This document shows, piece by piece, positions 1-11,279 of a DNA stretch of 64,000 bases (position 1 is the first letter of the stretch; each line of letters starts with the position of its first letter). The DNA is from Octopus sinensis (lineage: Eukaryota), in NCBI RefSeq assembly GCF_006345805.1, contig NC_043003.1:99944001-100008000 (forward strand), in the 5' to 3' direction. The notes beneath the pieces are model-generated. The model did not search any database. It saw only the letters and a program-made list of their open reading frames with translations, and had not been told where the DNA came from. The translations under genes were made by a program, and so were the position numbers.

Positions 1-1785
1 AGCCATGTACAGGGACGCTGTAAGGATTGGCAACAGGTACACTGAAGAATTCAAGGTAGAGGTTGGGGTCCACCAAGGTTCAGTCCTCAGCCCCCTCCTA
101 TTTATCATAGTTCTCCAGGCAACAACGGAGGAATTCAAGACAGGATGCCCCTGGGAGCTCTTCTATGCTGACGACCTTACTCTAATTGCTGAGTCACTAT
201 CAGAACTGGAGGAGAAGTTTCAGGTGTGGAAGCAAGGATTAGAATCGAAGGGCCCTAGAGTCAACCTAGCTAAAACAAAGGTCCCAATAAGTAGGAAGGA
301 AGACAAACCACAAACGCCTTCAGGCAGATGGCCCTGCTTGATCTGTAGAAGAGGCCTTGGTAGAAACTCTATAAGATGCACCAAGTGTAAGCTATGGACA
401 CATAAGTGATGCAGCAATGTCAAGGGAAGGCTAACTAGGAAAATAGTTTTTGTATGTGGCAGATGCTCAAGAGCAATAAACACTGAAAATCTGCAGAAAA
501 CAACTTCCGTCACTTTCCAGGGGGGAAAAACTAGAAGTAGTTGATAGCTCCCGTTACCTAGGTGACCAAGTCAGTAGCGGGGGTGGGTGTGCTGCAAGTG
601 TAACTGCTTAGCCTGGGCAAAGTTCAGGGAGCTCTTACCTCTGCTGGTGACTAAAGGCCTCTCGCTCAGAGTAAAAGGCAGACTGTATGATGCATGTGTA
701 CGAACAGCCATGCTACATGGCAGTGAAACATGGGCCGTGACTGCTGAGGACATGCGTACGCTCATGAATGAAGCCAGTATGCTCAGCTGGATGTGTAATG
801 TCAGTGTGCATACTCGACAGAGTGTAAGTACCTTGAGAGAAAAGTTGGACCTAAGAAGCATCAGCTGTGGTGTGCAAGAGAGACGATTGCGCTGGTATGG
901 TCATGTGGTGAGAATAGATGAAGATAGGTGTGTGAAAAAGTGCCAATCCTAGCGGTTGAGGGAACCTGTGAAAGAGGTAGACCCAGGAAAACTTGGGACG
1001 AGGTGGTGAAGCACGACCTTCGAACTTTAGGCCTCACCGAGGCAATGACTAGTGACCAAGACCTTTGGAAATATGCTGTGCATGAGAAGACCCGGCAGGA
1101 CAAGTGAGTCCATCCCATGTCCCTTGCCAGGGATGTAGCCAGCCCACTTATGCATGCCTTTCCTTCCTTGGACACGCGAAGACCTGTTGAGGCAAGTGAA
1201 GTCGAAATTGGATTCGAAATCAAACCTCATCCGATGACTGGCACCCATGCCAACCTCCCTTCATTGGACACTAAACTCTGCTTGTGAAGACCTGTTGGGG
1301 CAAGTGAAATCAGAATCGAAATTGAACCAATCCTATGACTGGCACCCGGCAGTTGCCAGTGCCGCTGAACTGACTCCTGTGCAGGTGGCAAGTAAAGAAA
1401 CACTGTTTCGACCCTGTGCTTCAGGAGACCTATTGAGTCAGGTACATCAACATCAAAAATCAATGGAAACTGTAGTTGTGATCCCTGTGCCAGTGGGACG
1501 TAAAAAGCACCTTCTGAACGTGGCCGATGCCAGCGCCGCTTTGACTGGCTTCCGTGCCAGTGGCATGTAAAAAGCACCAATCCGATCGTGGCCGTTGCCA
1601 GCCTCGCCTGGCACGTAAAAAGCACCCACTACACTCACGGAGTGGTTGGTGTTAGGAAGGGCATCCAGCTGTAGAAACACTGCTGGATCAGACTGGAGCC
1701 TGGTGCAGCCTTCTGGCTTCCCAGATCCCCGGTCGAACCATCCAACCCATGCTGGCATGGAGAACGGATGTTAAACAATGATGAC
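1..1785 (+). mobile_element. RTE-clade LINE, 3' part (RT with internal PHD-like finger, 3' UTR, (ATG)n tail); decayed
   Basis: ORF 5..409 has GVHQGSVLSPLLF and WELFYADD RT motifs; ORF 587..952 has thumb/C-terminal motifs ([15 protein letters not shown]); stops and frameshifts; ends in cggatgttaaacaatgatga. Closely similar to the copy at 61811..63975. Confidence 0.9.
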
Positions 1786-1789
1786 ATAC

Positions 1790-2160
1790 CTCCAATACAC
1801 ACACTCATACATACACGCACACAATTATACATACATTTATACGCACACACACACAAAGTAAAGCACAGTTACTCCCCACACACATATACACACACACACA
1901 CTACATATACATACATACACACACACATACTTCAAACTAGCAGTACCTTCCACTGACCATTCTCCTACACACATGTAAGTAGACACACAACAGGAGCCAC
2001 TCCTACTATAAATTCTTCCACACACACACACACACACACAGACCTTTCCTTTTTCTATGTTTCTGATAAAGAGCTCCGCTCTTTCCTTAGCATCCAACAA
2101 CACTATACTTATTCCACATCCTTGCGTTGTTGTTTTCTCTTTATGTTTTCATGTTTAGAT

Positions 2161-2204
<44 letters not shown>

Positions 2205-2375
2205 CATATGTATGTAAACATATATGTATGGATATATATATGCATGCAAATATATATGTATGGATATATATGTGTGTATATATATATATATGTATGTATG
2301 GATATATATGTACATATATATGCATGCAAATATATATGTATGTATATATATGTGTGTGTATATATATATATATAT
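1790..2375. repeat. Compound microsatellites: (CA)n-rich 1790-2045 and (TA)n/(TATG)n 2164-2375
   Basis: Directly visible dinucleotide and compound repeats; source of spurious YI/HT-rich ORFs. Confidence 0.95.
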
Positions 2376-3490
2376 GATAGCTGCCCCCTCGTTATCGAGT
2401 ATGGCCATTGCACAAAGCTTAACTGTTAATGGCGCTGTGATCGAATGTGACTTTTCAGCCCACCTAAAGATCTACAATGTCCTGTACAGAATTGGCAGCT
2501 AAAACCTTTACTGGTAATAGCTGGCTGTAGTTGTAACTGGGCTTCATGTACCTTTGCATGTTGTTTAAGTCCTCCTGCCGAATTACACTCTCTTCCACAT
2601 GCCCGACAGATATGATTATTATGGTGTATTACACCACCACCAGTGGCCAGGTTGTCACTCATTTGTCTCGCTTTATGACTACGAAGATGACTCTTGAGTC
2701 CAGCTTTACTGAGGCAGGGTCTTGCACAGACACTGCAAGTCAGCATCATAGGAAGACCCTTCCCATCTGGAAGTATAACAGCGATGCCCTTCCTGACATC
2801 CCTCCTTACTTTCTCATGTGCAACTCAAGCTTTCTCAAAAGTGGCTGTCCCTTCATGCACAATCCTTCTCCACCTGCTACGATCAATAGCTATGCCCTCC
2901 CATGTGTCAGGAGAGATGCAAGCATCTCGTAAGGAAGCCTTCAGCAAGTCCTTATACATCTTTTTTGGTTTATGTGGAGGTCGTTCTCCTTTAGCTAAGG
3001 AGAGTTAAAAGAGTTAAAAGAGTTGTTTTGGCATCCTTGAATCCTTCATCCTGACCAGATGACCACTCCCTCCGAGCCTTTGCTTTAACACAAGAGCTTC
3101 CATACTTTCACACCGAGAGCCTTCCAATATTTTAAGATCACTGATGTGGTCCTCCCACTTAATGCCATAGATCCGTCTGAGACACATCTGATGGAAACGT
3201 TCCAGTTGTTTAAGGTGGTATCAATATGTGACCCATGTCTCACAGGCATAGAGAAGAGAAGGGAGCACACATGCTTTGTACACCTTTATCTTTGTCTTTC
3301 TGCATATGTCTCGCCGACTCCAGAGGCGCCTTTCTAGCCTTCCGAAAGCAACACTTGCTTTCCTAATTCTATATGGAATTTCGTCATCCAAATTACTATA
3401 TCTATTAATAGTGCTTCCTAGGTAGACAGACTGATTAACTACATCAAGTCGTTTACCATACACATAGATATTCGGTACACTTTACTGCTT
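2376..3490 (-). mobile_element. 5'-truncated RTE-BovB-like LINE with three C-terminal C2H2 zinc fingers
   Basis: One minus-strand frame runs from YLGSTI..ASVAFGRL..LLYACETW through ERFHQMCLRRI..RMPKQLF..DRSRWR into three CxxC-x12-H fingers (ORF 2426..2749), interrupted only by a few in-frame stops; (TA)n tracts on both sides. Confidence 0.85.
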
Positions 3491-3686
3491 ACCAGGAGCA
3501 GGTTGGTACATGACAACAGTTTTGAGATTGACTGTCAATCCTAAGGCAGTGCAAGCATCAGAGAATGCATTCAAAATGTGTTGCATATCAATCTCTGTGT
3601 GTGCTACTAGCTCACAATCATCTGCATACAAAAGGTCTCTTATGATAGATGTAAATACCTTTGTTTTTGCATATATATATGTATAT

Positions 3687-3722
<36 letters not shown>

Positions 3723-3773
3723 AATATTAAAATTTCTAAGTCTCTCTAAAGGAGACTACGGCAGCGGTACTGG

Positions 3774-4255
3774 AAATTAACAGTTATCGCCAAGCTAATA
3801 TGGCAGTCCAAAAATATAAGACTAAAGCTGCCGTTGATTAGTTCCAAGAGGCCATCGCCTCTAGCTAGCTATATGACACGCGAACCTGTGTCCATTATAA
3901 CCTTCGACCGGGGGAGGTCAGCCACTTCCCCTCTCTGGTCAAACATCCGCAGATATGTTTCAGGGTATTTGCCCTTTATCAATGCAGAGTAGCCAGACCC
4001 AGCAGGCGTCGCTGCCGACCGTCTGTTTGAAGGATTATTTACCTAATTTCAGTGGATTACTTCCACTGGTTTTCAAAAATAGAAATATGACCAGCAAGGG
4101 GAAGCAGCTGACCTCCCCTGTTCGAGGGTTATAATGGACACAGGTTCGTGTGTCATATAGCTAGCTTGAGGCGATGGTCTCTTGGAGCTAATCAACGGCA
4201 GCTTTAGTTTTATATTTATGGACTGCCATATTAGCTTGGCGATAACTGTTAATTT
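3774..4255. mobile_element. Foldback/MITE with ~158-bp inverted arms
   Basis: 3774..3931 is the near-perfect reverse complement of 4098..4255 (aaattaacagttatcgccaagctaatatggcagtcc / ggactgccatattagcttggcgataactgttaattt); followed by a TA run. Confidence 0.85.
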
Positions 4256-5559
4256 ATATATATAAAGTCCATACTTAGCTTTGCTAATCAGTGGATCAGT
4301 AAGTTGGTGGAGACAAACCCAGCTTGGTTAAAACCATTTGCAGATGGTACAGTAGAAACTAGTACATCTGTAAAAGTTTCAAAGTAAATTTCAGCTAAAT
4401 TTGAGACAGCAATTAAGTAGAAGTGACCCTTTGTATGTTCAAACAGGGACACTATAACTTTAGATTTATGATACAACTGTAAAAGAAGCTTAAGGATTTG
4501 ACAGTATCTCTGTGTCGTCTTGTTTGGTCTTCTTTCTAAGCCAAAATCTAAAACAATATCTTCAAGAACATTCTACATATATCTAACATAGCACTGCATT
4601 ATTACCATAAGGGTTTAGAAGAAACAGTTTGAATACTTTCATTTAGGGAATTTGTAAACAAAAAAAAAATGAATTCAGGAAATATTTAGTTATCCTTAAT
4701 AAACATTCACTGTGTGCATCAATACAAAGGACTTAAATTGGTCTGTTTTTAATAGTCTCTCTCTTAGGAAAGATATGAAAATGCACTGATGAATAGGTGA
4801 TGTGCATCAGTCTCTGTTCCAACAGTGGTATAGTACTGTTAAAGACAGATCTACTTTGACATGCTTGTTAAGGAAAAAAAACTGGAAACTGATACACTAT
4901 GCTCACTGGTCAAGTGTCTCAATGATTATAAACCAGAGAACACTAGAAAAATCTGATGAACCATAAACAAATAGCTATTATGTCTTATTAATATCTATAT
5001 TTTAAGAAGAATTATAAACTTCTAAAAGTCACTATCATTTGATATTTAAGAACTACAGAGTACTGTTCAATTCCCTAAAAGCTACTCAAGAACACTGGTT
5101 GCACCAAAAGATAAATCTCTCTTCGAATCCATCCATGATTAAAAGAACCATGATCATTAAACAGAACTAGTTCTCCTAAGATGAAGACTTATAAGCTTCA
5201 AAACAATCATTGAAATTTTTGTTTACTTCTGAGGAAGTGAGGCAATTTTTCTTTTTTTTTTTTGTGTTCTTTTTTGTTTTATGAAAATTTTGATGTGTAC
5301 TAAAAAGAATGAGCTTGACTGTCTTCAAAAAGTTTCACAGACCACAGAGATAGAAGTATGTCTAGGAAGATCTATATGAAGCTAAAGGGAACTCCTCTGC
5401 TCAAGAAGAGTTTCACTTGAGGAAATAGGAGGGGCAGCCACAAGATGACCAGTCTGGTATCAATATTAATACTGAAGATTATGGGAGACCAAGGGAAGTT
5501 GACAGCGTGTATGAGGAATTAGAAATGAGTAATCGGTGCTTGTTTGGTATCAATATTAA

Positions 5560-7755
5560 TCCTTTGAACCCTATCCTGACACGACCTCCACCCAGAGCTC
5601 CCTATGAAAATTTGCAAAAAGTTTGGTTATGATTTATTTTTATTCATGTACTAGTTTTTTGTTATTTTTTGATAAATAAACAAATAAAATAACAATTTCC
5701 TGTTGTTTATTTTATTTTCTCACTTCTATCTCCAAAACTGAACTTTAGCATGCCAGGCAATTTTGCTGTGGTAACCCAATGCACAAGAAAGCTTTACAAT
5801 AATTACACTAGTAAACTGTTTTTGACTTTTTGAGAAGGTCCTTATATGTAGCACTTGGATTTTGTTATTTAGCTCTGTTGTGCTTTTCTAGGCACACTAC
5901 ACACCTATTGTTTGAAGAGCTCTTACCACCTCATACAGTCCATAATCTTGTAGGTGTTTGTCTGTGTTCGGACGTATTTTCACTGGTAATAGTCAGTGAT
6001 AATTACCTACAAGTCCACAGCAGAGCTTTTCAACAAATGCATGGAATATAAACACTCTTTTCCCCTGGGGATTATGTGGCTTATAATGTCTCATGATAAC
6101 ATACACATTATATGCAGCCCATATAAAAAACTTCACAAGGCGATGTGGTAATTTGTAATGATGTCTGTTCTGATGCAGTTTGGTAAGTTGGTCATTTTTA
6201 TCGGTGCCACCCATGTATGCATTACAACTTTGGATAGCTTTTGGGCAAACCACAGGAAGTTTTCTGTGCTCTTTACTATCATATCTTTATACATGTACTG
6301 GGGAGTGGGTTATAAATGAAAAAGTTATAAAATAAATGGGCTTTTTGTCACACCAAACAATTGCTGCTACAATTCTATTGAATAAGAGTTAAAATTGCCC
6401 CCTGCAGATTTGATTTTGTGATTTCATGAAGTTTTTGGAAAAACTTTTCAATTTGTAAGTGCAGTGCCTACTAAGCAGATTCCTCTCTTTTCCGTCAAAA
6501 ACTCACACAAATATACACTAGTATAGAATCTGTCTGTAAACACACAGTAATATTGGTCACAAAACGGTTCCAACATGCAAATAACAAGGTTTCCAGTCAC
6601 ACCAAGCTTTTCAATTGTTTTGGCATCCTTCCTATGACCTGTATATACTTCTGCATTTGAAATATAGCCATTCTCACTATCACAAACAAGGAAGATTTTG
6701 ATAGCCCACTTCATCAGTTTATCTTTGATATACTGTTTTATAGACAGGGATTTTTTTGTCGGAATCATTCCCTCATCAAGTGACAAATTGCTTCTCAGTG
6801 AATAATGCAGCTTGAACTTTTCTAACAAGTGATTGAACTTGGGCCTGGGTTTGTAAATCCTGTCAGTTTTGTTTAGTTTTGGGTCTACTTCATTTACACT
6901 ATGTAGCATAGACCATATTGCTTAAAATCTATCTATTGTAAAAGTTTTCCTTATCTCATCAATATTGTTCATAGTGGTTCTTGTGAATAAGCATTTCCAT
7001 CACTACTCAACAGTCAAAAGACGCTTTTATCTCTGATATTGTCAAAGCCTGAGAACTAAAGGATTTTGCATAATAATTTGAGGGCTTTGCTTCTCTGATA
7101 TGTTCCATCAGTTTCATTGACAAAGTGCTGCTACAAATCATCATCCCAGAATAAAGTGGAAAAGTCAGCAGGGCTCCTCTCCTTATTGATTGAATCTGGA
7201 ATATTTTAGGGGCCAGGTGTTTCTTTAGAATTGAATTGTTTTTCTGTGTACCCTCTAGTGTCACTTGTCCACTGACAGTGTCTCACTGTCTGAGAAATCT
7301 GTTGCACACCCTGATCACATCTTCTACCATGACCACACTTCCTAACAGATTGTAAAACATCAGTACCTGGGCCATGATTATCAGCAGAGCCGCTATCATT
7401 TTCATTCCCACCTTCATTTGCACTCATGCTATTATTTGTATTGTTGACAGCATCATCTTCACACTTTTTGCTTTCAAAATCACTATTATTTTCATAATCA
7501 GACTCTCTATTCTCATCATCAGAATCCGACATTATCATTCATAATGGCTGCTCGGTGATCACTTTCTTACCACTAATGTTTATAGCAAAAAAAATACTCA
7601 AAAATCTGCAATTTAAGTCTAAAAAATTCTCAAAGATTCTTCCCCGGAGTTCAGCTGTGAACTGAAGCCTAAACTGTGATGTAAAACAATCTTTTATTGG
7701 TTAAATAGTTAACGGCCTAGCAAGTCTATACTATATGCTCAGGCCATTCAAAGGG
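5560..7755 (-). mobile_element. piggyBac DNA transposon, full-length but decayed (PGBD4-like transposase)
   Basis: TTAA at 5556..5559 and 7756..7759; termini (t)CCTTTGAA / TTCAAAGGG; transposase fragments: acidic N-terminus (7206..7538), SLDEGMIP and VFTDRFYTS (6448..6909), YMGGTDKNDQ (5993..6253), Cys-rich C-terminus; frameshifted. Confidence 0.9.
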
Positions 7756-9321
7756 TTAATATTGAAGATAAATGGGAGATCAAGCGAAGGTGATGGCCTG
7801 TATAATGAGTTAGGGACCAGTAACTGATGCTAGTCAGCCTCCATTAACATAAATTTTCTTACTGATTATATATTCTAACAGAACTAATTAGAAATCAAAG
7901 CTAATATTTATGTTAGTTATAATTGCTGCCATAGTTTCTGATTAAATTTGGAATGCAAATAAAACCACTGTCTACTGAATCAGTTCTCAAGAGTTTCTAA
8001 AAGTAATGAGTAACAGGTTTTACAGGTTCAAATATAATACAAAACATAAAGCATAAATATTAAATAAATGGGACAAAAATTAAACACAAGCCTTGAGGAA
8101 TATTATAAAACATAATCCAGAGTATTTCATAATTCTTCCAATAAACATCAATAATACTAATGAAACACACAGCCGTAATGTGTTCATTTTTGTACACAAG
8201 ACAAACATTACAGGGGAAGGGGTTCAGTAAAACAAGAAGTTTGATTTTAAATTAAAAAACTGAAAAACCTTTTACTTCAATGTAGGTTCCCATGTTTATA
8301 AAGAATTGTTGTCCTTATTTCAAGGTTATACTTAATGCCTCATCAAACTTTCAGACTCTATGGACAGTGTATACATAGTCTTCTCTCAATGGGAATTAAT
8401 CCAGAATCACATTGAGTTATAGCTAGATGACTTCATTCACTTTAGCAGAGAAGACTTGCCTCTAACTTGAATACTATCCATTTGAAGACTAAGTGTATAT
8501 ATCATTCCTGAACAGAATATGGTGTGTGTGTATAACCAAAAAAATTAACAAGAACACTTCCTTATATATATATATATACACACACACATACACACAAACC
8601 ATTTATTAACAGACTAATTCTATACACCATTCAGATTAATAGATATATAGTTGCTGTCCACACAATCTGATAAGTTAGAGACACCCCTAAATGTCTAAAG
8701 GCATATGACCAAAATGTAGATAACACTCTAGGCAAGGATGGGGATTTTACATCTAATTAAATAGTTTTGTTAATAAGAATTCATTTCATAAATTTATAAG
8801 AGCAAAAACAATTCATATTGTAGGTGTATACAAAACCTTTTTCTTTTATTTTAAACATATTTAATTGTGTAGTGAGTAAAAAAAAGAAGGTAAGATAATA
8901 AATATTACCTTAAAAAAAATTAAACAATAAAAATCAGCTTACCATGAAGACTGCTCAGATTATTAGCATAATCTTTTATGTAGTATTTTGTTTTGGGATT
9001 TAGTTTGCAAGATTCTTTATATGAGTTTGTGTGTTGAAGCATATTCTATTGTGTCTGGGGAGAATAATTTTCTTTTTGTGCCTTATAATTTAACACACTC
9101 AAGACTACTGGAAAGGTTGAAAGACGCAACGAAAATTTTAAGAAAATAAAAATAAGGAATAAGTGGAAATTTTACCAGTGAGTGTGTTAAATTATAAGGC
9201 ACAAAAAGAAAATGACTCTCCTCAGACACAACAGAATTTTATGCAGTAATTTAAAATATATTCAATCAGTTTACTTTCCATCCATCTTCAGATGGCATCA
9301 TTCTAACTTGTGTGCATGAGT

Positions 9322-10769
9322 ATATATATATATATATATATACACACACATACATAGATACATTCACCAAGAGTGTCAAACAGTTTTTAACCCTTTTGAA
9401 ACCAACCTAGCTAGGACTGCCCTAGATTCCCTGATAGAAACTCCCTGTTTTAAAGTGATCTAAATTTAAACTTTCCATCAAAATTCCATGTTCATTTTTG
9501 TTTCAAATACCAGCTTAATAAGGACAAAGTTAGTTACTAAATTCTTCATTATTGTCAGAACTAACTGAAACAAAGTCATGTGTTTCAACAGAAGCTTGAT
9601 TATGAAACAGGGTCATATTTATGTGTGTATATATATGTGTTGGAAGTAAGATTGGTAGAAGTCAGGAAACTTAATAAACTATATGATAAGTGGTCTTTAA
9701 AAAGAGAATTTTTGTTACTGCAGTGTGTGTGTGTGTGTGTATGTGTGTGGTTTGTTACTGCAGTGTGTATGTATATGTGTGTGAATTCATGAATATTGTA
9801 ACTCACAGAGTTTCATTCTTGTAACCACTAGGCTTCTATCTCTAAACATGCCACCTGAAGACTCCTATAAAATAAACTAGTTAAAATATTGTGTGGATAA
9901 CAATAAGATGAATAATAATAAGCAGCTTATTGTATATAGTGCTCAGGTGCACTACAACTAATGAAGTAACTAGTCTGGTTAATATTTAGGACTCATATAT
10001 CAATCCAGAAATATAGACATGTGGTTGACAGTTTATGAACAACACACACATATATATATATATATATATACACACACATACATAGATACATTCACCAAGA
10101 GTGTCAAACAGTTTTTAACCCTTTTGAAACCAACCTAGCTAGGACTGCCCTAGATTCCCTGATAGAAACTCCCTGTTTTAAAGTGATCTAAATTTAAACT
10201 TTCCATCAAAATTCCATGTTCATTTTTGTTTCAAATACCAGCTTAATAAGGACAAAGTTAGTTACTAAATTCTTCATTATTGTCAGAACTAACTGAAACA
10301 AAGTCATGTGTTTCAACAGAAGCTTGATTATGAAACAGGGTCATATTTATGTGTGTATATATATGTGTTGGAAGTAAGATTGGTAGAAGTCAGGAAACTT
10401 AATAAACTATATGATAAGTGGTCTTTAAAAAGAGAATTTTTGTTACTGCAGTGTGTGTGTGTGTGTGTATGTGTGTGGTTTGTTACTGCAGTGTGTATGT
10501 ATATGTGTGTGAATTCATGAATATTGTAACTCACAGAGTTTCATTCTTGTAACCACTAGGCTTCTATCTCTAAACATGCCACCTGAAGACTCCTATAAAA
10601 TAAACTAGTTAAAATATTGTGTGGATAACAATAAGATGAATAATAATAAGCAGCTTATTGTATATAGTGCTCAGGTGCACTACAACTAATGAAGTAACTA
10701 GTCTGGTTAATATTTAGGACTCATATATCAATCCAGAAATATAGACATGTGGTTGACAGTTTATGAACA

Positions 10770-10777
<8 letters not shown>
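9322..10777. repeat. Exact 728-bp direct tandem duplication bounded by (TA)n(CA)n tracts
   Basis: Identical ORFs 9580..9792 and 10308..10520 offset by 728; cattcacc at 9361 and 10089; internal (GT)n lengths identical in the segments compared. Confidence 0.95.
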
Positions 10778-10800
<23 letters not shown>

Positions 10801-10874
10801 CAAACACACATACATATACAAGTGAGTGAACAAACAAATGGAAGTAGTACTCAATACATATAGTTGGAATTGTA

Positions 10875-10914
10875 TTTATTGAGTAACAGGTTGACTTAGC
10901 TCCTCATGTTTATT
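10875..10914 (-). promoter_or_regulatory. Candidate polyadenylation signals (AATAAA x2) for BLOC1S2
   Basis: TTTATT on + at 10875..10880 and 10909..10914, about 335-370 nt downstream of the stop codon at 11248. Confidence 0.5.
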
Positions 10915-10981
10915 AAAGTTTTGTGAATGTGAAAAAAACATGACCAGTTTTAAATAACATGAGGAGCTAAGTCAACCTGTT
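10885..10981. other. Perfect 26-bp inverted repeat (hairpin, 45-nt loop) in putative BLOC1S2 3' UTR
   Basis: aacaggttgacttagctcctcatgtt (10885..10910) and aacatgaggagctaagtcaacctgtt (10956..10981). Confidence 0.9.
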
Positions 10982-11247
10982 TACACACACACACACACAC
11001 ACCTCTATTAGCAGTCATTATCATGACATGAAAAGAGAGTAGAATTAAATTTAGAGTAAAATTGTTTGACTGATAAAACAAAGGAAGCCATAACAGAAGT
11101 ATATCAAATTAGGGCTGTAAACCAAGCCTGAATAGGTTAGTAAATTCAAATGGAGACATCACAGAGTTGTTTTGGTTAAATGAAAAGAGGAGAATTAAAA
11201 AGAAGCAGAAAGACTGTTAGTGCCTACAACCACGACAGATCACCATT

Positions 11248-11279
11248 TCATCGTTTCTGGAGCATTTTGAACTTGGATT
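11248..11279 (-). CDS. BLOC1S2: BLOC1S2 coding exon 5 ([10 protein letters not shown])
   Basis: Acceptor TATTTTCAG; phase 1; TGA at 11250..11248. Confidence 0.9.

Noticed and set aside
1635-2502. ORFs rich in YI/HT/CV repeats (also 9580-10534, 12016-12435, 33586-33873)
   Set aside because: Translations of microsatellites.
2426-2749. Stand-alone host C2H2 zinc-finger gene
   Set aside because: In frame with the RTE ORF2 remnant and followed directly by the element's 3' end; no TGEKP linkers or gene structure.
4279-4387. Possible terminal exon on + (FANQWISKLVETNPAWLKPFADGTVETSTSVKVSK*)
   Set aside because: Protein-like, but I cannot assign it to a family, the acceptor is weak and no partner exons were found. 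A tBLASTn or RNA-seq check would settle it.
5100-5160. VLLIMDGFEE peptide on minus resembling a NACHT Walker B motif
   Set aside because: Surrounded by stops; no Walker A or other context.
5560-7755. Domesticated PGBD- or ZBED-type genes (also 15105..18012, 19850..21300, 43199..46696)
   Set aside because: All carry multiple stops or frameshifts, and several retain TIRs/TSDs, so they are TE relics.
9855-9861. Other isolated CTGANGA heptamers (e.g. 9855, 4953, 26359, 35287)
   Set aside because: No downstream stem II plus GAAA arrangement, so not hammerheads.
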